A DNA stretch of 61,490 nt, counting the filler, from Choristocarpus tenellus KU-1152 (taxonomy: Eukaryota; Protista; Phaeophyceae), in NCBI GenBank assembly GCA_964200185.2. It is 14 parts of 14 records of this genome, joined end to end, with 100 filler letters (N's around TTAATTAATTAA, not from the genome) between each part and the next. Parts side by side here need not be neighbours in the genome. Positions count along the whole stretch, not along the records: positions 45,779 to 55,761 come from CAXNAD020003226.1; positions 55,862 to 61,490 come from CAXNAD020010192.1; 12 more parts are not named here. One strand, written 5' to 3'. The notes beneath the pieces are model-generated. The model had not been told where the DNA came from. It saw nothing but the letters and a program-made list of their open reading frames with translations, and did not search any database. A program made the translations under genes and the position numbers. This document shows, in pieces, positions 52,261-61,490 of the stretch. The first letter of the stretch is position 1; the number at the start of each line of letters is the position of its first letter.

Positions 52261-53225
52261 AAAGGTTGAATATTTTGAGTTTTGTTGACACATTTTCAAG
52301 GGATGTAAATGTGGCCAGTCGAAATGGTTTTGCAACAACTCTCAACACCTAATCCTATTTCTTTCAAAAGTTCCATGTTCCCAAAGCTCTGGCGAGAAGT
52401 GGCTGCTGGCACCACAGTCTACCACAACACCATGCACCCCATGCCTAAGCTACATGTCCACCATAGTTGGTGCAGGCACAGAGCCTCTGAGTATTGCTTG
52501 ACAGAAAAATAACCCAATCTTGGAGATTAAGAAAGATGGAATATTGTTCAATGTTTCACTACTATTATCATGGCCTTACTTGCTGTGTGGAGGACTTCAT
52601 AAGGTTGGCTCTAGCCTCAGCCATGGTGTGAAATATGTCTTGAGCAAAACAAAAAATCACTGGGAAAGAGAGGAATCTGGTATCTCAGAGACCCACATAT
52701 GCACCCCCCCCTAAAAAAACCCCAACAGGTTGTTTCAACAAGAGAAACAGATAATCCCCTTCATGCCAAGCAGTGCTCAACAACCATAATCTCTCTTGAA
52801 AAAAAACAAACTCCAGAGTATTTCAGGTGCACATAATTGCAAAAAAAAAAGATTGATCGCCTCACATAGCTCAAAAGATGTGAGGATAAAAAGGCAGGTC
52901 ACAACCAAAATTTGGGATCCTAAAGTTTGGCAGCTGCTCCCCATTCTACATGAAAACACATTACGTAATGACATACGCACATACAGACACAAGCGGACCT
53001 ACTGTGATAACCCTTGCAAGGGTACAAGACTAGACACGTGTTTGGCAGCTAAACTAAACCTACCAACGATCACAAAAATTTCAAATGTGGCTTCATTCCA
53101 TCCCCAGGGAAACACCTTCCTTCTGACACAAATCGCCTCAAACCTATCCTTCCAAGCCATGTCATCTAACTATCACGCCTTGCTCTGTGATTGAACTCCG
53201 CTTAGATTCTCCTCCTAACCTCTCC

Positions 53226-55119
53226 TTACCGTTGCTGCCCCCTCTGGGACATTAAGTATTCAACACCCACTCCACCAATCACAACTCCCACACCTACCGC
53301 CAGGAACGCCTTCCCGACACCCAAGCATCCCCTCCGGCGCTTGCTCCGCTCAGGATGTAAGCCACGACCATTCTTGCCGTTCGAAGAGCGGGACTCCTGC
53401 CCGGCCCCGACCTTGCTGTCCCTACGAGGAAAAGATCGCCTATCTTCTTGAAAGCTGTCTTCAATGGCTGACTCATCTTCTCCACCATGAGCATTACCCC
53501 CCTCGACCCGACCCCTCCTCACCCTAGCCCCAGCTCCCTCTTTACCCTCCGATACCCTTCTATTCAGACCTCCCACACCAAAAATACCCGAGTCAAAACT
53601 CTTGAGGGTGCTGCCGGCATGGCTGTCGGCACCCGCTGTGACGGATCTCCCTTGGCTATCAAATCTATCAAACTCTTCCTCGGCAAGCACAATGGCGTAC
53701 TCACAAGCTGCTGCCCCTGCTGCACCCACCACCCCCGCATAATCAGCATCTGCAGAGGTGGTGAGTCCAATATGGCACTTGTGGGGAAGAACAGTCCACC
53801 CACGGGTAAAAAATGTCTCCCTCACCTATAGAAGACGAGGGGATGCAATATACAACTCAATGCAAGTGGGGATGATGGAGCTAAGAGCCCAAGGGGGTGG
53901 GGATCTGTTCATCAAAAAGCGCAGGGTGTGCATATTTTTCCAAACAAAAACTCCACAGCTCGTAGTCACTTCAAATTTCGAAGGGGAGCCAAGGGTTTCC
54001 ATCTGCACTCACCATGTCAACAATGCCCTCAGCCTTGGACATGCCCCCTGTAAATAGAATGGCCGCGGGGTCCAACAGTCGGCAGATATTCAAGCACGCC
54101 AGCCCAAGGTACTGACAAGCCTCAGAAACTACAGCCTTCGCCACCGGATCACCCTTCGCCGCCATTGAGAAGACTGCTTTTGAATTTAGCACTGCAGGCA
54201 CAGCGTCTTCCTCCTTTGGTTGAACATCATCCTCAATTCCCTGCTCCCATCCCTCTCTACTGTTTCCCAGGGCCTGGACCACCTCCCTCTTCCCCTCCAC
54301 CCCTGAATGTCGATCAAATACCCTTATCCTATCCTTCAATGACTTGCTGGGTGTCCGCTGAGGAGTTGCCCTTCCTCCTGCCCATGACATTGACGCCTGC
54401 GACTCCACCGATACCCCGTGGTGATGTACCCCACCACCACCAGACTTGTCGAGATCATGGTAACGCTCTGTGGCAATGGACACGACTGCTGTGGCAGAGG
54501 CATACGCCTCGAGGCAGCCCCGTTGACCACAGGCACATAGACGAGCTTTAGGGGATGGATTCACAATCTATTTTTAAATACATGCACAGGTGCAAATACA
54601 CACCGAGGGGAGGGGTGGGGGCTTGTTGGAATAATAATAAGGAATAGTGGACTGCAGGCAGGTTGATCTATACCATACCACTGCTGCCACTCTGAAAAAA
54701 AAAAAACTTGCAAACATTTCTCAAAAATGGCAGATATCTCTTAACCCTAACCCTGAAAACTGCAGACTGTGAAAATCGTACAAAAGGGGGAAAAAAAAAG
54801 TATATATTCCAAATTATAGCACAGCTCCATAGCGCTTGGGAATCCTCTCTCCCTCCTGCAGCCTGCTAGCCCAATTTATTTACGCCGTTGTTCACACACA
54901 TGCAAAAGAAATAATATCGGCAAGGAACAAAAAAAAAACACACAACCGAAACAGGGCAGAACACTATTCCTGCCTTGAAATCGAATGCTCAATGATTTCG
55001 TTGGTCAGAGCAAACTTTCACCAGAGGTGAACAACTCACCATGTGTCCACCCTCAATGAGACCACTTGTACCACAAATGACTTGTCCACCCTGCACCACA
55101 CCCATCCCCACACCAGTGC
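53226..55119 (-). CDS. ROK-family sugar kinase; last three exons 55119-55040, 54567-54013, 53825-53226
   Basis: GTGVGMGVVQGGQVICGTSGLIEGGHM|IVNP...CACGQRGCLEAYASATA (ROK signature and zinc motif), LGLACLNICRLLDPAAILFTGG, AGVVGAA. Confidence 0.92.
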
Positions 55120-56141
55120 CTAGTGCTGGCAGAGGCGAACAATCAAAGCAGGGTCACGTCAGGGTTTAGGGGAAAGAAATCACTCCAGTAAGTGTGGCCA
55201 TACATACGTACATCACAAGCCATGGGGAGTGGGAGCAAGCAGATCTGTGTAAACAAGAGGGAGGCTCTGCGAAAAAAAGAAGTCCTGTAAGCCATGCCAT
55301 TCAGCACCATCCATGCCCTTCCTGCCTTGGACAATACTGTATCTGCAGAATGTTTTCGTTGGAACTACTTTTACAATGGAAACGCATTCTTGTAAGGTAA
55401 AAGAGGAACTTAACCAAATTAAACAAGAGAACTAAACAAAAGAGAGTGGGGGATTGAGCGCAAAAGCATATGAGGGTAAGGTGCAACCTGACAGAAACGG
55501 ATTCTCTTCCTCCAACAAACTGAGCGGCATGCCACTGGGTGAAACACTTTGCCCCCTTCCCCTCCCTCCTCAGGGAGATAGGGCAAGAGATCTTCAAAAA
55601 CAATGTAAATAATACAGTACATGATAGAGATGAGCATACTCACTATCTACTCAAATATTAATGAGTATGCCGTGCATAGTCTCCTCAAGGTTAGGTGTTG
55701 ATTGTAGAAATAGAGGTGAGTGTAAAGGAGTGTGGCAGTGGGGGAGTGGTTGGGGGTAGTGNNNNNNNNNNNNNNNNNNNNNNNNNNNNNNNNNNNNNNN
55801 NNNNNTTAATTAATTAANNNNNNNNNNNNNNNNNNNNNNNNNNNNNNNNNNNNNNNNNNNNGGGCTCACCAGTCCTTACATTGAATGACTCAGAATATCA
55901 AATGACTCAACGTTTCTCTAGTACACGTCAGAAACACTCCAACTCTAATAGTCCGCCGATTACTTCTGGTCAAATACCCCCGCCTAAATATCCCGAGTGT
56001 CCCGCATTATCTTCTGTGCGTACATAAAATAATACTTCAAATCATATTCTCACAAATGGTCAAGCATAATCTTGACACACTTCACAATATGATTCTTAAC
56101 ATTGGAATATTAAAACCAACACAACCCAATCGTCTTCCAAC

Positions 56142-61488
<5,347 letters not shown>

Positions 61489-61490
61489 AG

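Overview
This is eukaryotic, intron-rich DNA, not a continuous locus. Thirteen 100-bp artificial spacers (N44-TTAATTAATTAA-N44) join 14 unrelated contig pieces, so nothing can be inferred across a spacer. Long GT-AG introns, scattered TTAGGG repeats and the gene and transposon content suggest a stramenopile, probably a brown alga (inference). By manual splicing I recover parts of an LRRC43-like LRR gene, a myosin head, an SLC35B2-like PAPS transporter, a divergent HSF-domain gene, a BEACH-type WD40 C-terminus, a ROK-family kinase with a C-terminal membrane anchor and an EBP-like (EXPERA) gene. Mobile DNA is dense: a full-length decayed plant-type mariner, a Copia 3' end, CRE-like LINE fragments, foldback elements, and at least four MITE families that share GRGYCAAA termini (Sola-like). 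The most striking feature is the 306-bp 3' LTR of the Copia element (28270-28575). It consists mostly of a tRNA-like Pol III promoter, then a ~51-bp hairpin copied from the element's own reverse-transcriptase sequence, then a TTTT terminator. This is a candidate self-targeting small-RNA cassette. All calls were made by eye; no searches were run.
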